A stretch of DNA of 64,000 bases from Eledone cirrhosa (taxonomy: Eukaryota), in contig OZ024743.1 of NCBI GenBank assembly GCA_964016885.1, positions 148,552,001 through 148,616,000 of the forward strand. The letters run 5' to 3'. How positions within the stretch are numbered: the stretch's first letter is position 1; each line of letters starts with the position of its first letter. Position numbers and translations under genes: made by a program. This document shows positions 12,816 to 26,442 of this stretch, piece after piece. The notes beneath the pieces are model-generated. The model was not told where the DNA came from, did not search any database, and saw only the letters and a list, made by a program, of their open reading frames with translations.

Positions 12816-14123
12816 TAACATAACTAAGATGAGGTAGTTAAAATTGGAGCACGCAACACTAAATGAAAGATGTGGTCAACTCACAAATAGCCTAAAAAAC
12901 AGTAATTGTTAGGCCTTTAGATACTAAGCTACCTTAAATAAACCACTAATTCTCTGATACAGAATCTCTCTTTTTGCAGTGTTTATATTTTAATTAAAAT
13001 CTCCCATTATGATGAAAAAATTAGTTATATTACTAAATCCCTAAAACAATTCTTAATTATTTTCAAAATTAATTGAAACATAAAGGCAATGTATTTTGTT
13101 GGAAATATGGTCAGGAGAGAGTTAAATTAATATTGATGTATTTTTAATAAAAAATATAAGAGTCGTGAGTGGCCAAATGATCAAGGTTCCAAACAACAAG
13201 CTAAGGGATTAGCAATTTTATATCCTGTCAATAATTTAGCACTTTGTCCTTGGAGCAGTCTACCTAACTTTGAGAAGGTAACGCAGGGTGGAATTTTTCA
13301 CAGCTGTAAGTAGATGCCACATCTATAATACAGATAATAGACCAGTCCATTTAGTTATGAGAGGGTACTAAAGGTTAGAATCCTTCACAGATGTAAGAGG
13401 GGGCAGCATTTTAAAAATAGATAATGAAGCAGTCTAATTAGCTATGAGAAGATGCTACAAGGTAGAAAAATCCAGAGGTATAAATTGGTACACCAGTCTT
13501 AAAATAGATATTAGACCAGTTCCCCTGCCTGTGGGAATACCCCCCAGAGAAGAATGGTTGTTGATTCATGTGAATTGTTGGTTCAAATTCCAGAAGAGGT
13601 GTTGGACACTTCTATTATACTCAACAATAATTTGATAGGGGTCATTGCCCACATTGTTAGAAACAACAATGGAAAGTGAAATAATTCACTTGATAGTCAC
13701 ATAACAAACAAATCAATTAAAGAGAGGTTAAAGTTCAGTAAGGTTTTCTAACATGATGTAATATTTGCAAATATGTTAATGATGATTATGATGACTGATA
13801 TCATACATCTTCATTTCCTAGTCCCCTCATCATCATCCTCATCATCTCCCCTTCACACCCATGGACATCCTTCTCCTCAAATGCATTGCATGAAGGTAGA
13901 AGCAACTGCTCCTACTGTTTCATCATCATCATAATCATCATCAGCAAATCCACCAACAACAACAACAATATAATCATTATGATGCTGATGCTGCTGGTGA
14001 TGAATATATGAATTATTATAACAATCATAACAATGTATGAGGATGGTGATGATGAGAATGATGTTGATGCTGATAAGGACAATGAGGATGATGGGGATTC
14101 CCTTCTTCTTCTTCTTCTTCTTC

Positions 14124-14167
<44 letters not shown>

Positions 14168-16260
14168 GGTCTTTGAGTCTCAGTCATTGATGTTATTTAA
14201 CTGGAAAGTTTGTTGAGATGAACATCAAGCCACTACCTGCAGCCTCAGATATTCAGGACGTATCGGAGGGTTCTTGCTGTTCCCAGCAAGCATGCCTTTT
14301 GAAGTGTTCCAAGAAGCGGGGCGGCGCCAATTTTCTTTAACCATCCCTGGAAACATTTTGAGATATTACCTAGTGCGCCTATGACAATCGGGACCCCTTT
14401 GACTTCATGGCAGTTCCAAATCCTTTTGTTATCAGGTGGTCATATGTATATTCAGTTAGGACTGATGTTAAAATGTTATACATTGTTGTCAAGCAAGTTA
14501 TCGGTCTGTAATTTTTGGGATTGTTTGTCTCATCATTCTTCGGAAGCAGGAATGTAATGCCGTTAACTAGCTATGATGGTATTTTTTCTGGCTCCTTAAC
14601 TATTTCATTGTAAAGTTGGGCTAACAGCTCATGTGACTCTGTGAAGGCATTTATCCAAAAATTTTGTATTTTGTCTTTTCCTGGGCTTTCCATTTGCTGG
14701 TTTTTCTAAGAGCCAAATGCAACTGTTCAACTGTTATATTTTCCCATGTTTGTTCCTCAAGGTGAGCTGTATCTTTCATTTGTCTGTCTATCCATGGGCA
14801 TGTATGTTATGAACTTTTTCTTCGGCCAGAATTCTTTTCCCAGAATTCTTGCACTTCCTCCTTGGGTGGTATTGATTGAGCAGTTATTGTTGACTTGCCA
14901 ATTTTTCTGTAGAAGTTTCTTTGGTTGTTTTTGAACATATTATTGTCCTTATAGAATCTAGATCGTTTTTCAAAGCGCCTTATACGAGCAGCTTTGGCCG
15001 ACACTTTTTGCTTGATTATTTCTATCAGCATGTCTATGTCACTTGTTGATTTTATACTATATTTTCTTTTCAATTTTCTAAGTTTAGTTTGTTTAACATG
15101 TTCACCTACTTTGTAGTTTGTTAAAATTTCTATGTCAGATCGGAGAAGGTTTATTTGGCGATTGATGTTCTCTTGCCAAGTAGATTTCTTGTGGGAATTC
15201 CTTTGTTTTTTTCATTTTCACTCCACATAAGTGAGTGGTGACTTTAGCCGATGCATAATAGAGATGATTTAGATCAGTAATGTTTAGTTTGTTTGTGATG
15301 ATAATGTTTTTGAGAATTATGTTAGTTTTGTGTATTATCTTTTGGTTCTGTTTGGAGTTCTGGATCTTAGGGAGGGTGTCTCGCTCCTCCATGTCAGATT
15401 CTTTCATTTTCATCCATTTGATCATAATTTCATCCTTCAAGTTGGCAAGTTCATTCTCATTCATTTCTTTATCATTTATGATCTCATTGTTTTCATTTTG
15501 AGTTTCATCTTTAGCATGCACTCCCTCCACTTTTTCAATCCTTTCTTTAATTTGTTCTGCTTGCTGCCAGTGATTCCACCCCAACCCTGGGATTCGAAGT
15601 GTTACAATTTACCTCGTTTTCACTGACACATGTTTCATTTTCCCTTCGCTGACTTTGTGCTAATAGCTTGATCTGATCAATTTCTATATCAGTTAGTAAC
15701 TTTTTTTTAACAATATTTCTTCGTATATTGGCTAGTTTGTTACTGTCAATATAGCCTCTGTTTTCGGGATGTTTCTTTTTCCAGTTGATATATGTCTGTT
15801 CTGTATTCGATCTATTTGATGGGTAGTACATGGCAGTGTAGAAAGCCTCAAGGACTTCTTTATTGTCTTCCCTTGACCATTTTTCTCTCTTTTTCTATGG
15901 ATTTCTTGGTGGTGAGCATGGAGGGCCAACAGTAGGAGTATTCTAGTTATGGGAGGTCTCCAGCTCTGAATTGATGGGAAGGTTTGAACCATTAGCTGAT
16001 TTTTCGACCCCAGTTTGGTTCCTCTCTGAGGGACGTGGCCCTTTTTGACCTGGGTGGCGGCCGATCCGGTATAAGATTTTATCATTTAACATTTACTTTA
16101 TTTTGTCGCGTTTTATCTTTAATCGCTAAGGGGTAATCATATCATGTTACAACTTATAGGACGAGTGTCAACCAAGACTAGAGGGGTCATCCTCCCCTAG
16201 AGACACGGCTATTCCCCGCCGGCCGCCATCCCGGCATTTCTTTGTCATGGGGTTTTCTTT
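14168..16260 (-). mobile_element. Internally deleted R4/Dong-like non-LTR retrotransposon ending in a (TAA)n tract
   Basis: N-terminal KLANIRRNIVKKKLLTDIEI and KAARIRRFEKR; RT start WKSPGKDKIQNFW and NYRPITCL; C-terminal VPIVIGALG...LQKACLLGTARTLR; 3' end abuts (TAA)n; several frameshifts. Confidence 0.85.
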
Positions 16261-16418
16261 TTTTGTTGTTTTTTAAATTGTTATTATCATGAGTGGTTCC
16301 TTAATGTGAACATTGCGTGGCTTAAGAATGAAATTATTATTAATAATATAATATACTTTTTGTTGAAGTTGCCTGTTGTTGTTGTTGGCTATGTCGGTGG
16401 TGGTGCTGGGGCTTTTTC

Positions 16419-16469
<51 letters not shown>

Positions 16470-17004
16470 GCTAATGATGTTGATGATGATGATGTTGGGG
16501 ATTGTGATGATTATGATGATGATGATGTTGGGGATGATGATGATGATTATAGTTCAGATGGCAGCTGTAGCTGTCTGCCTAATTTATGCTATAATGAAGT
16601 GAATTGGAATCACCAAAAACTATTTTAGGTTCTGCTAATAACTACTTTCACACAAACATATGTACTCAACATAACATAGGATCAATTCACAGCTACTCAA
16701 ATTAACAAAACGCTAAAAAACAAGCTGGACAGATACAGAAAAGAAAAAAGAAACATGCTAACAACAGAGAAAGATGTAAAGTATATGAATAAAAAAAAAT
16801 TGCATGCTGAATATATGCGTTTGAGTGTGTATGCTTGTGTATATATATATGTCTTTGTGTGGCTTTGTACTTGTAAAAACTCAAAAATATCTCATTATTT
16901 AACTCAATAAAGTGTATGTGTATGTCAATTTATGTATGTTTGTATGAAAATACATTACATGTGTGCATGTGAGTTTGTATGTATGTATAAGTATATATAT
17001 ATAT

Positions 17005-17310
17005 ATCATCACCATTGTACATGTATTTTCCTTGCTTGCATGAGTTAGACAGCTTGATATCTTCTGAGGCTAGACATGTCAGATGATTGTGTCTTACTCA
17101 TTTAATATATTTTCGTCTTACTTTTTATGGCTGGATGCCCTTTTTAATGCCAACAACTTCAGGGAATGTACTGGGTGTATTTTATTGTGGTTCTAACATT
17201 ACCACTTAAGAGGGTGGACTGAGTGTTTTATCATGGCACCAGCACTACCACTTTACAGTGTGGACTGAGTGCACTTTATTGTAGAACCAGCACTAACATT
17301 TTCAAGATTA
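17005..17310 (-). mobile_element. Old RTE-tail SINE with internal short duplications
   Basis: GGCTGGATGCCC and CACTTTACAGTGTGGACTG motifs. Confidence 0.55.
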
Positions 17311-17879
17311 TCGTGCAAGTTGTGTCATCGGCCAGACTGGTGAGGTAGTATTACAGAAGAGAGAAAGAGTGAGGGGCTTCAGTTTGCTTGGTGAAGGAGG
17401 AGCTGAGCAGGAAAGATGACCTTAAGAGTGACATTTGGCAGTGTACCTTGGGATGCACATATCTTTTTTTGGCAGGGTTGAACTAACAACAGAAGATCAG
17501 AGAGGATGGGAATACTGAGCTGGCAGAAGAAGAGCTCAAATGTGTGTGCTGTGTATGGAAAGGAGGCTCAGAGGCTAGATAAGTAGTGTAGGAGGTTGAG
17601 ATAGTGGGGGAATATTGGTTGAGTGAGGAGTAATATCTGGCAGTACACTGTAAGGGGAGAGTCCATATGTCTTTCCAAGCTGGCATAGGTTGAACAGAAA
17701 AGGAGTAATCAGGGATGTGAATGAGTGGGAAGATTAAAGGGACAGAGATTATATATGGAAGAGGGTTGGCTAGATGGGAGAGAGAAGTTAGTTAATGAGA
17801 TAGGAAGATGGAAAGAGGCATATTTGGTGGAGGCATGAGGACCTAAATATGGTTACGCATCTCTGCTTTTACCACTGTA

Positions 17880-18035
17880 ATTTCCATGCCCCTTTCATCC
17901 TGCTCATATGAAAAGATGAGTCTTCTGCAGTATGGGATATTTCCAATCGACTCAATGACCTTCGTATGGTTCAGTTATGTGAGGTCAGCCTTTACCATTT
18001 CGCCCCAAGTTTTTCTTGGTCTACCTCTTCTACAT
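17880..18035 (-). pseudogene. RTE ORF C-terminal fragment
   Basis: Minus strand reads RGRPRKTWGEMVKADL. Confidence 0.6.
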
Positions 18036-18185
18036 AGATGTAAGCATTATTTGTCAATAAGTAAGGATAAAAGTACCCAATAAATGTTGTAGATTAGATG
18101 ATTTATTTAAATGGAATTTTTAACTTACCAGCAGGATTTCAGAATAGAAACTTACACACATTTTTCAGCCATATTAGATACAAAT

Positions 18186-18244
<59 letters not shown>

Positions 18245-18290
18245 CGTAAAATAAGAAAATTATAAAATTAACTTACTTACTAAAATTTCA

Positions 18291-18370
18291 CTCCAACTAA
18301 TTAGTTTCTGAAAGGGAATAAACGTAGTTTCCGAAGAAACGTACGGAGAAGCCTTTCGTCATCAGGGAAG
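18291..18370 (-). ncRNA. Type I hammerhead ribozyme with extended stem II
   Basis: CTTCC-CTGATGA-cGAAAGG...GTTTC TTCG GAAAC...CCTTTCa-GAAAC-TAATTA-GTT-GGAG. Confidence 0.8.
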
Positions 18371-18812
18371 TCTATTCTCAGCTAAGTTTCCAGGCAATAC
18401 CTGGACACAGGGAACTTATACAAAAATAATTCAGTGGATGGAAAAAAGCAAAGCGTGGACTAAATTCCAAGCCATTGAAAAAATCACTGCCTACTGCGTC
18501 GGTGGCAAATTCAAAAGAATCAGTCACGTGACATCGAGGTCAATCAGTGAAGAGTGGTTTGTTAAGAAGACAGCAGCCGGACCGTTACTATAGTAGCAGT
18601 TTTGGCCAATTTTTGCTCGACAAAATAATTTGGAGTTAATTATAAAGAATTAATATATCTAGTAACATATATATACACAGATGCATACTTATGCTAGCAA
18701 ATATATAGGTTTTGTCTTAGTAACTTTGTGGTTCAATGCATGGGGATGCAGAACAATAATATGAGAGACGTAAAATAAGAAAATTATAAAATTAACTTAC
18801 TTACTAAAATTT

Positions 18813-18893
18813 CCTCCAACTAATTAGTTTCTGAAAGGGAATAAACGTAGTTTCCGAAGAAACGTACGGAGAAGCCTTTCGTCATTAGGGAAG
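18813..18893 (-). ncRNA. Second hammerhead copy, core mutated to CTAATGA
   Basis: Same fold with 5-bp stem I CTTCC/GGAGG; G5 substituted. Confidence 0.7.
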
Positions 18894-19033
18894 TCTATTC
18901 TCAGCTAAGTTTCCAGGCAATACGTGGACACAGGGAACTTATACAAAAATAATTCAGTGGATGGAAAAAAGCAAAGCGTGGACTAAATTCCAAGCCATTG
19001 AAACAATCACTGCCTACTGCGTCTGTGGCAAAT

Positions 19034-19592
19034 ATACTACCTAATTATATATATATAATTAGGTAGTATCATGTGCTTACGCCATATTTGACTAAATAAA
19101 ATTAGTCTGTTATTTTGGATTAAAAAAAACCCTCTGAATGGAAAAACGGATGAGTATTGACGGTACATGGGACACAAACCCAAATCTTTGGTTTGCTGGA
19201 CCAATGTGTTACCGTTACAGAAACACACCACCCATACTTCGTTCTATTGAATTAGAAACCTATATAACCATAACAGCTATATATCTATGTATATAAATAG
19301 GGAGACACAAAGCAGGTTTTGTTTACAAACAGCTATTTGAATGGAAAGAAGTATGGCTGGTGTGTTGGTGTAATGTTATACATTGGTCTAGCAAACCAAA
19401 AATGTGGGTTTGTGTCCCATGTATATCAACACTCGTCCTTTTTTCCATTTAGAGGGATTTTTTTAAATCTCAACTAACAGACTAATTTTATTTAGTCAAA
19501 TACGGCATAAGCACATGTTACTACCTAATTTTCAAATCCGCCAGCTGTTTGTAAGCAAAGCCTGGTTTGTATCTCCCTATTTATACATACTC
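19034..19592. repeat. Compound inverted-repeat element (A, B', A', B)
   Basis: 19057-19250 inverted at 19335-19530; 19288-19334 inverted at 19542-19590. Confidence 0.85.
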
Positions 19593-21116
19593 ACACACAC
19601 ATACACACACACACATATATGTATATATATAAGATATGTATCTATGTGTATTAATAGTCTGGGCAAAAAAATCTTTCATCGATTACTGTATACATAAAGA
19701 AAGTCAGGTGTCTATATATCCCACATGGATAAAAATATAGGAAAAGGAAGTTGAAAATGCAATTTGAGTTTTTTAGAAGATTTGTTAACAATAACTTTAC
19801 TGGTTTCAAAAGTTAAGTGAGGTGGAGAGATGTGAGGATATGGCATGGTATGTCTCAGATCTAACTGGGGTTGGGAAATTATTTCCATTTTATCCAAACA
19901 AATTGGCTCATATTACTATCTATTTAAAGTACAATTTGAGTAATCTAAGTCATAACATTTTTGCACAAAATAGAAAGAATTTACCAACTCCATTCAGATG
20001 CAAGACATATGACGACATAGCCACATCTCTCTATATCATTTACACTTTGAAATTCATGAAACTGTGAAACCAGTAAAGTTATTTTAAATAAATCTTCTTA
20101 AAGACTCCAAATGCATTTTCAGCTTCTGAAACATAGATAAGCTATAGTTAACATCTTCATAAGCTAGAAATATAGTATCAAGGATTTCTGAGAAAATCAT
20201 GATTATACAACTACATCTTCATGTTGTGTGACTGGCAAATTACTGGTCGCTAAAACAAGAGTTGTATTCCTAGGAAATTACACATACTCTTGATTATACA
20301 AATCATTCCATTGCATTGATTTATCCCACCACCTATCCTGGATATGTAACATAGTAATCCACAATGCAGTTCTGTATGACCTACTATGAGGGCATTCCTT
20401 AGGAAACAAGTCCATATTTCAGAATTACAGTTGAGATCTACAGCTGCCAACTCTCTGCACTGATTAACTAGGAACAACACTAAACTCCTATCATACTATC
20501 CAGATTTCATTACCTATATTAATACCTCGAATCCCTTTCTTCTCCTTACCTCAAGAAATTTATATAGTGCTACATTTTAAACATATTTACGACCATAAAT
20601 TTTGTGATATATATTAGGTGTTGGCATAATCGTGTCTTGTTACTTTTTGCATATCTCACGTTTTGATTTTTGATATTGTATTTCTTCCCCCTCCTTTATT
20701 TTATACTTTATCATTAACTTTTTCCTATTTTCTCTTTCTATTTTTTTCTTTTTGTATTCTTTATGTATCAATTATTTATTGGTCTTCAATCTTCCTTCAA
20801 CCTTATTTTCAATTTTAATTTCATTGTATTTTAAACCTTGATTCTCATTTATGCCTGTCCCCCTATTATATATTGTATAGTAACTAGACTGGTTCTATTA
20901 TCACTACTAATGCCGATATAACCATTGATACTGATCCCTACTTTATCCTTTTTAACTGAGATGTTGGGGTTTGACTGTTATTGTTATTGTTGTGGGGATA
21001 GTTAATTTCAACTTCCCCTGAAACCACAACCAAGGGCTATCAATCTTCCTATGAAGCATGTATAGATGTGTGACGTCTGAATGAGTATCCTACACATCCG
21101 ATTGACTTATCCCCTT

Positions 21117-21420
21117 CTACTGGATCCCATCCGACAGGATGGAGATTGCATTGGCCTGGAGGATGGTGAGGGTGATGCACTGGAACAAACACTTCACCTC
21201 ATGGGGTTTGCACCTGCAGGGGCCCAACTCTTCTCTGATAGCAGTGAGTAGGGATGTGATCTGGGGGCCAAGAATGCCAGAAGTCTCCCCTGCTATAGGC
21301 TCTACCACAAACGTATCAGCGAGTGGCTGATATTTGGACAGTTTGCACCCTTCAGCCTGGTGGGCAGCAGAGCCTGAGCTGGTAGCCAAATGCACTAGAT
21401 TGTCGCTAGATTCACCCACG
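21117..21420 (-). pseudogene. C-terminal restriction-like endonuclease region of a CRE/NeSL-like non-LTR element
   Basis: AEGCKLSKY...FVVEPIAGETSGILG...LFQCITLTILQANA resembles the KxxKY...FxPxAxETxGxxG...QRxSxxxQRGNA pattern. Confidence 0.7.
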
Positions 21421-21776
21421 GCTAAATAATTTACAACTGACATGATACCCGAGTGAAGGAAATATCTCAGACCTGAGATGCTATGAAGTTGTCTATAGTA
21501 ATTCATTTTAGCTGGAACGTGAGGGAACAACATCAATAACCTGCCCATGGCATATCACTGATTGGAAACAATATGAGTAATTTTTATTTTAATCTTTGTT
21601 CATGTCATTTTTATTCATGCAACTTTCTATTCATGTAATTGCTCTCTGATGAAGTTCTAACTGTTACATAATAGTTACCATTAAAATAAGGATAACAACA
21701 ATTGTGTAACAAACAAAGTACATACTAACCAATTGAATTCTACTTCATTGTTATATATATATATATATATAAACAC

Positions 21777-21866
<90 letters not shown>

Positions 21867-21870
21867 GTGT

Positions 21871-21992
<122 letters not shown>

Positions 21993-22027
21993 ATATATAT
22001 ATATTTATATATATATATATATATATA

Positions 22028-22530
22028 ACAGCGATGAATTTGTTTTGCGAGGTTTTTGATATGAAATCGTGTGTCGAAACAAATATTGTTATATTTGGGG
22101 AGGGTCATATTGTTGTAATAATATTGCCAGAAAGATAGAATACAATAACTGAAACACAATCACTCAAACGTGAACACACACCAACCACTAAACGCATGCG
22201 CAGAGAACAAGACAAAAATCAATAAATAAATAAACAGATAAAATAAAAATGGCGTAGATATACAATACAACAGGAGGAACATAATAATACCACTGATGAT
22301 GTTGCAGATGTGCAACAAAAGAACTTTGTTAGACTATATATATGTGTTTATATCTATATTATATCTGTATTTTTGACCGTTGGTCAGTCAATGACAAACA
22401 TTGAGGACCGAATGAATTAACTGTGGACATATAAAAGATACAGAAGCGAAAACCAACCAAACAGTCAGTGTGTTCTGTTATTATTTCTGGCAATATTATT
22501 ACAACAATATGACACCCCCCAAGTATAATA
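22028..22530. repeat. TA-flanked element with about 60-bp inverted ends and HHR-like remnants
   Basis: 22090-22157 inverted at 22467-22527; CTGATGA-TGTTGCA-GATG-TGCAACA at about 22293. Confidence 0.65.
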
Positions 22531-22544
22531 ATAATAATAATAAA

Positions 22545-22575
<31 letters not shown>

Positions 22576-22639
22576 CGTATCTTTTATATATGTGTGCGTA
22601 TCTGTATGTATACATTATATATATATATGTGGGTGTGTG

Positions 22640-22688
<49 letters not shown>

Positions 22689-23631
22689 CTTACGTGTGTA
22701 TATATTTTGTGTGTGTGTACCTATGTATATATATTTTTTTATCTTTTTGTATGTATATATTTCATATATATGCATGTTCTGTGTATATATGTATTTTATA
22801 TATATGTATATATATATATGTGTATACTTGTGCGTACATGCATGCATGCATATGTATATATGCACACCTGTATGGATTTGTGTGTGTAGATGTGTGAGTG
22901 TTTGAGGGGGTAGGTGTGAGTGTATGTACAAGTGAACCAGCATAAACCCTTTATTTCTAAATTTTCTAAACTATTGGACTCGAACCATTATATTAAGTAT
23001 TTCCACCCCACATTTTGTATGTGTAGGAGTGTGTATGTGTCTCTGGAGGTGTGTGTGAGTGTAGTGCAAGCCAACATACATAAGTCTTTTTATTTGTAAA
23101 CTTTCTACTCCAACCATCATTTTCAGTAGCACCTCTCCACATAAATTCCTCAATTTAAGAATGACCTGTAGTATCTATTTCATACTATTATCCTTATTTA
23201 AAAATATATCTGACCAAGAATGCCTTTTGTGAAAATCAGTCATGTGGAACTATCGTCATCTTGCCTGATGGTTTGAACCTTACAGAACCACCTGCCTCTT
23301 TGAGGTCAAATACCAACCTACTACCATCTACAAACTGACCAATGAGAATCAAGACTATTCTTGCTGACAACATCAAAATATCCCTAACAAGCTCATATGT
23401 CCCAAGGCTCTGATACCATCAACACTATACACACAGAGCTGGCATATCTAAGAACTGACTATGAGGTCATAGCCATTCAATGGCTATCATCGAAATATAT
23501 AGCAGTAAATAAAGGATTATGAGTTCATGCAATTGACTTATGTTTCGTCACTATATATATATATATATATTTATTTATATTTATATATATATATATATAT
23601 GTGTGTGTGTTGGTGTATGTATGTATATATG

Positions 23632-23673
<42 letters not shown>

Positions 23674-23961
23674 CAAATAACGAAACGAAATTAAATTTCG
23701 TTTTGTTTGTAACTCACTTTTGTATGACTGACGCTTAAACAATTAAGTTAAAAATGTACATCCACATATGTATACTGAAATACTAGTATGCATATGAATA
23801 CACACACGTGTACATATGTAGATGTACCGAGTTTTTCACTGGTCACTTTACTGTGAGTGTCCAGCTATTCTGTATGTAAACACACAGACAAACCGGTTTT
23901 TAGAGTCATACTGGTTTTTGAGGAAACACCTTTCCTCTATTATCCAGAAAGCCAGACAAGG

Positions 23962-24006
23962 AATATTGGACTAGTTTCGATGTTGTTACATCTCATCAGC
24001 AATATT
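23962..24006 (-). ncRNA. Minimal type I hammerhead ribozyme
   Basis: AATATTG-CTGATGA-GATGT AACA ACATC-GAAAC-TA-GTC-CAATATT: perfect core, 7-bp stem I, 5-bp stem II, palindromic ACTAGT stem III. Confidence 0.93.
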
Positions 24007-24427
24007 TACCTATCTTCCGGCCTTTCTAGAGAATCGTAAAAGCACATATCGTTATACGCTTTTTCTATGAAAATTAGTAGTGAGCAGACTAATTTGCATA
24101 GAGCGTGAGTACGTACCGGTTCAACGGAGACGATAAAAACAGATAACGAAACGAAATAAAATTTCGTTTCGTTTGTAACTCACTTTTGTATGACTGACGC
24201 TTAAACAATTAAGTTAAAAATGTACATCCACATATGTATACTGAAATACTAGTATGCATATGAATACACACACGTGTACATATGTAGATGTACCGAGTTT
24301 TTCACTGGTCACTTTACTGTGAGTGTCCAGCTATTCTGTATGTAAACACACAGACAAACCGGTTTTTAGAGTCATACTGGTTTTTGAGGAAACACCTTTC
24401 TTCTATTCTCCAGAAAGCCAGACAAGG

Positions 24428-24472
24428 AATATTGGACTAGTTTCGATGTTGTTACATCTCATCAGCAATATT
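24428..24472 (-). ncRNA. Minimal type I hammerhead ribozyme, copy 2
   Basis: Identical to 23962-24006. Confidence 0.93.
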
Positions 24473-24695
24473 TACCTATCTTCCGGCCTTTCTAGAGAAT
24501 CGTAAAAGCACATATCGTTATATGGTTTTTCTATGAAAATTAGTAGTGGGCAGACTAATTTGCATAGAGCGTCTCCGTTGAACCGGTACGTACTCACGCT
24601 CTATGCAAATTAGTCTGCCCACTACTAATTTTCATAGAAAAAGCATATAACGATATGTGCTTTTACGATTCTCTAGAAAGGCCGGAAGATAGGTT

Positions 24696-24740
24696 AATAT
24701 TGCTGATGAGATGTAACAAAATCGAAACTAGTCCAATATT
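24696..24740 (+). ncRNA. Minimal type I hammerhead ribozyme, inverted copy 3
   Basis: Same motif with one stem II mismatch (AAATC). Confidence 0.88.
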
Positions 24741-25708
24741 CCTTGTCTGGCTTTCTGGTGAATAGAGGAAAGGTGTTTCCTCAAAAACCAGTATGACTCT
24801 AAAAACCGGTTTGTCTGTGTGTTTACATACAAAATAGCTGGACACTCACAGTAAAGTGACCAGTGAAAAACTCGGTACATCTACATATGTACACGTGTGT
24901 GTATTCATATGCATACTAGTATTTCAGTATACATATGTGGATGTACATTTTTAACTTAATTATATATATATATATATATATATGGATATATTTACCACTG
25001 TCCACCTCCTCCATCTGACCAGTCTAATACTTTGAGAAACTCAACCAAAGAATTAACAATATCAGTGATTGTCTGAATATACATACAACTGTCTGTCCTC
25101 CATTTGCTCCATCTATCTTGTTTATATATATATATATATATGCACATCATATATACATGTATGAATATGTGTTTACTGTTTACACACAATTTCACACACG
25201 TATATACATGCATACGTACACACATACATACAAATATATGTGTGTATGTAGATACAAATATGCACAAATGTACATGCATACATGAATACATGAACACACA
25301 CATACTTATAAAAATACTCATTTATATGCACATACAATTCTTTGTTCATTAATATTTCATTTATTCTTATCTTCAGCTCTCATTTCTCAATATTATTTTT
25401 TTTTCACTCTCTCTCAGCTCACTCACCGAGATTTCCCAAGGCAGGCTAATGTCAAATATTTGTCATAAAGCACATTAGAAATCCTAAAACATTTCATGTA
25501 AAATAGATTTCTTTTTTTAAATTAGGATTTTTCAAATTCACATAAAACTAATGTTCAAACTAACAGTGACTGGAAAAACTGCTAGTTAGGTCATAGATAT
25601 TTCATTAACTATCTAGAACTAAGATTTACGTTTTCAAAACACTCCATCATTTTTAAAAAGTAAAAATATAAGTGAGAACTGTTAGGTTAAAGTACACACA
25701 CATACGTG

Positions 25709-25786
<78 letters not shown>

Positions 25787-25848
25787 TTATGAATATATCT
25801 ATATCTATTTATCTAAATACCTCTCACCCACAATGTATATATATGCAT

Positions 25849-25964
<116 letters not shown>

Positions 25965-25980
25965 CTGTGTGTATATATAA

Positions 25981-26008
<28 letters not shown>

Positions 26009-26014
<6 letters not shown>

Positions 26015-26442
26015 ACTAGGAATTGGTCAACATATATATAAATAAATATAAACATGAAAAATCACAGGAGATAATTTCTACAAGCGTGTAACCACGCATG
26101 GGTAGTAAGTAACAAGTAAATAAAGTTAACTAGAACTTCAAAAATATATACCTTTTATGATTAAAGATTAATCATTAACAGGTATATATTTTTGAAGTTC
26201 TAGTTAACTTTATTTACTTGTTACCTACTAGCCATGCGTGGTTACACGCTTGTAGAAATTATCTCCTGTGATTTTTCATGTTTATATTTATTTATATATA
26301 TGTTGATCAATTCCTAGTTATTATTAAATGCTCGTACCTACAAAGTCCTAGAGCTTATTTTCCGGGCGATATGGCGCATTCCGTTAAGGAATGACACCCA
26401 CAATTTCGATTCTGATTGAATTCTTTTAATCTGTCTTAATTT

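Larger units (their letters stand above)
18237..19033 (-). mobile_element. 1.5 tandem copies of a 524-bp non-coding HHR-bearing unit next to (TA)n
   Basis: 18237-18510 is repeated at 18761-19033 with few differences. Confidence 0.88.
23667..24960. mobile_element. 466-bp HHR-bearing unit: two direct copies plus one inverted copy, between (TA)n tracts
   Basis: Copies at 23667-24132 and 24133-24572, inverted copy at 24570-24960; near-identical. Confidence 0.95.

Noticed and set aside
23857-24845. Three copies of a 60-aa ORF
   Set aside because: GTG start, no recognisable motif, antisense to the hammerhead; a by-product of the repeat
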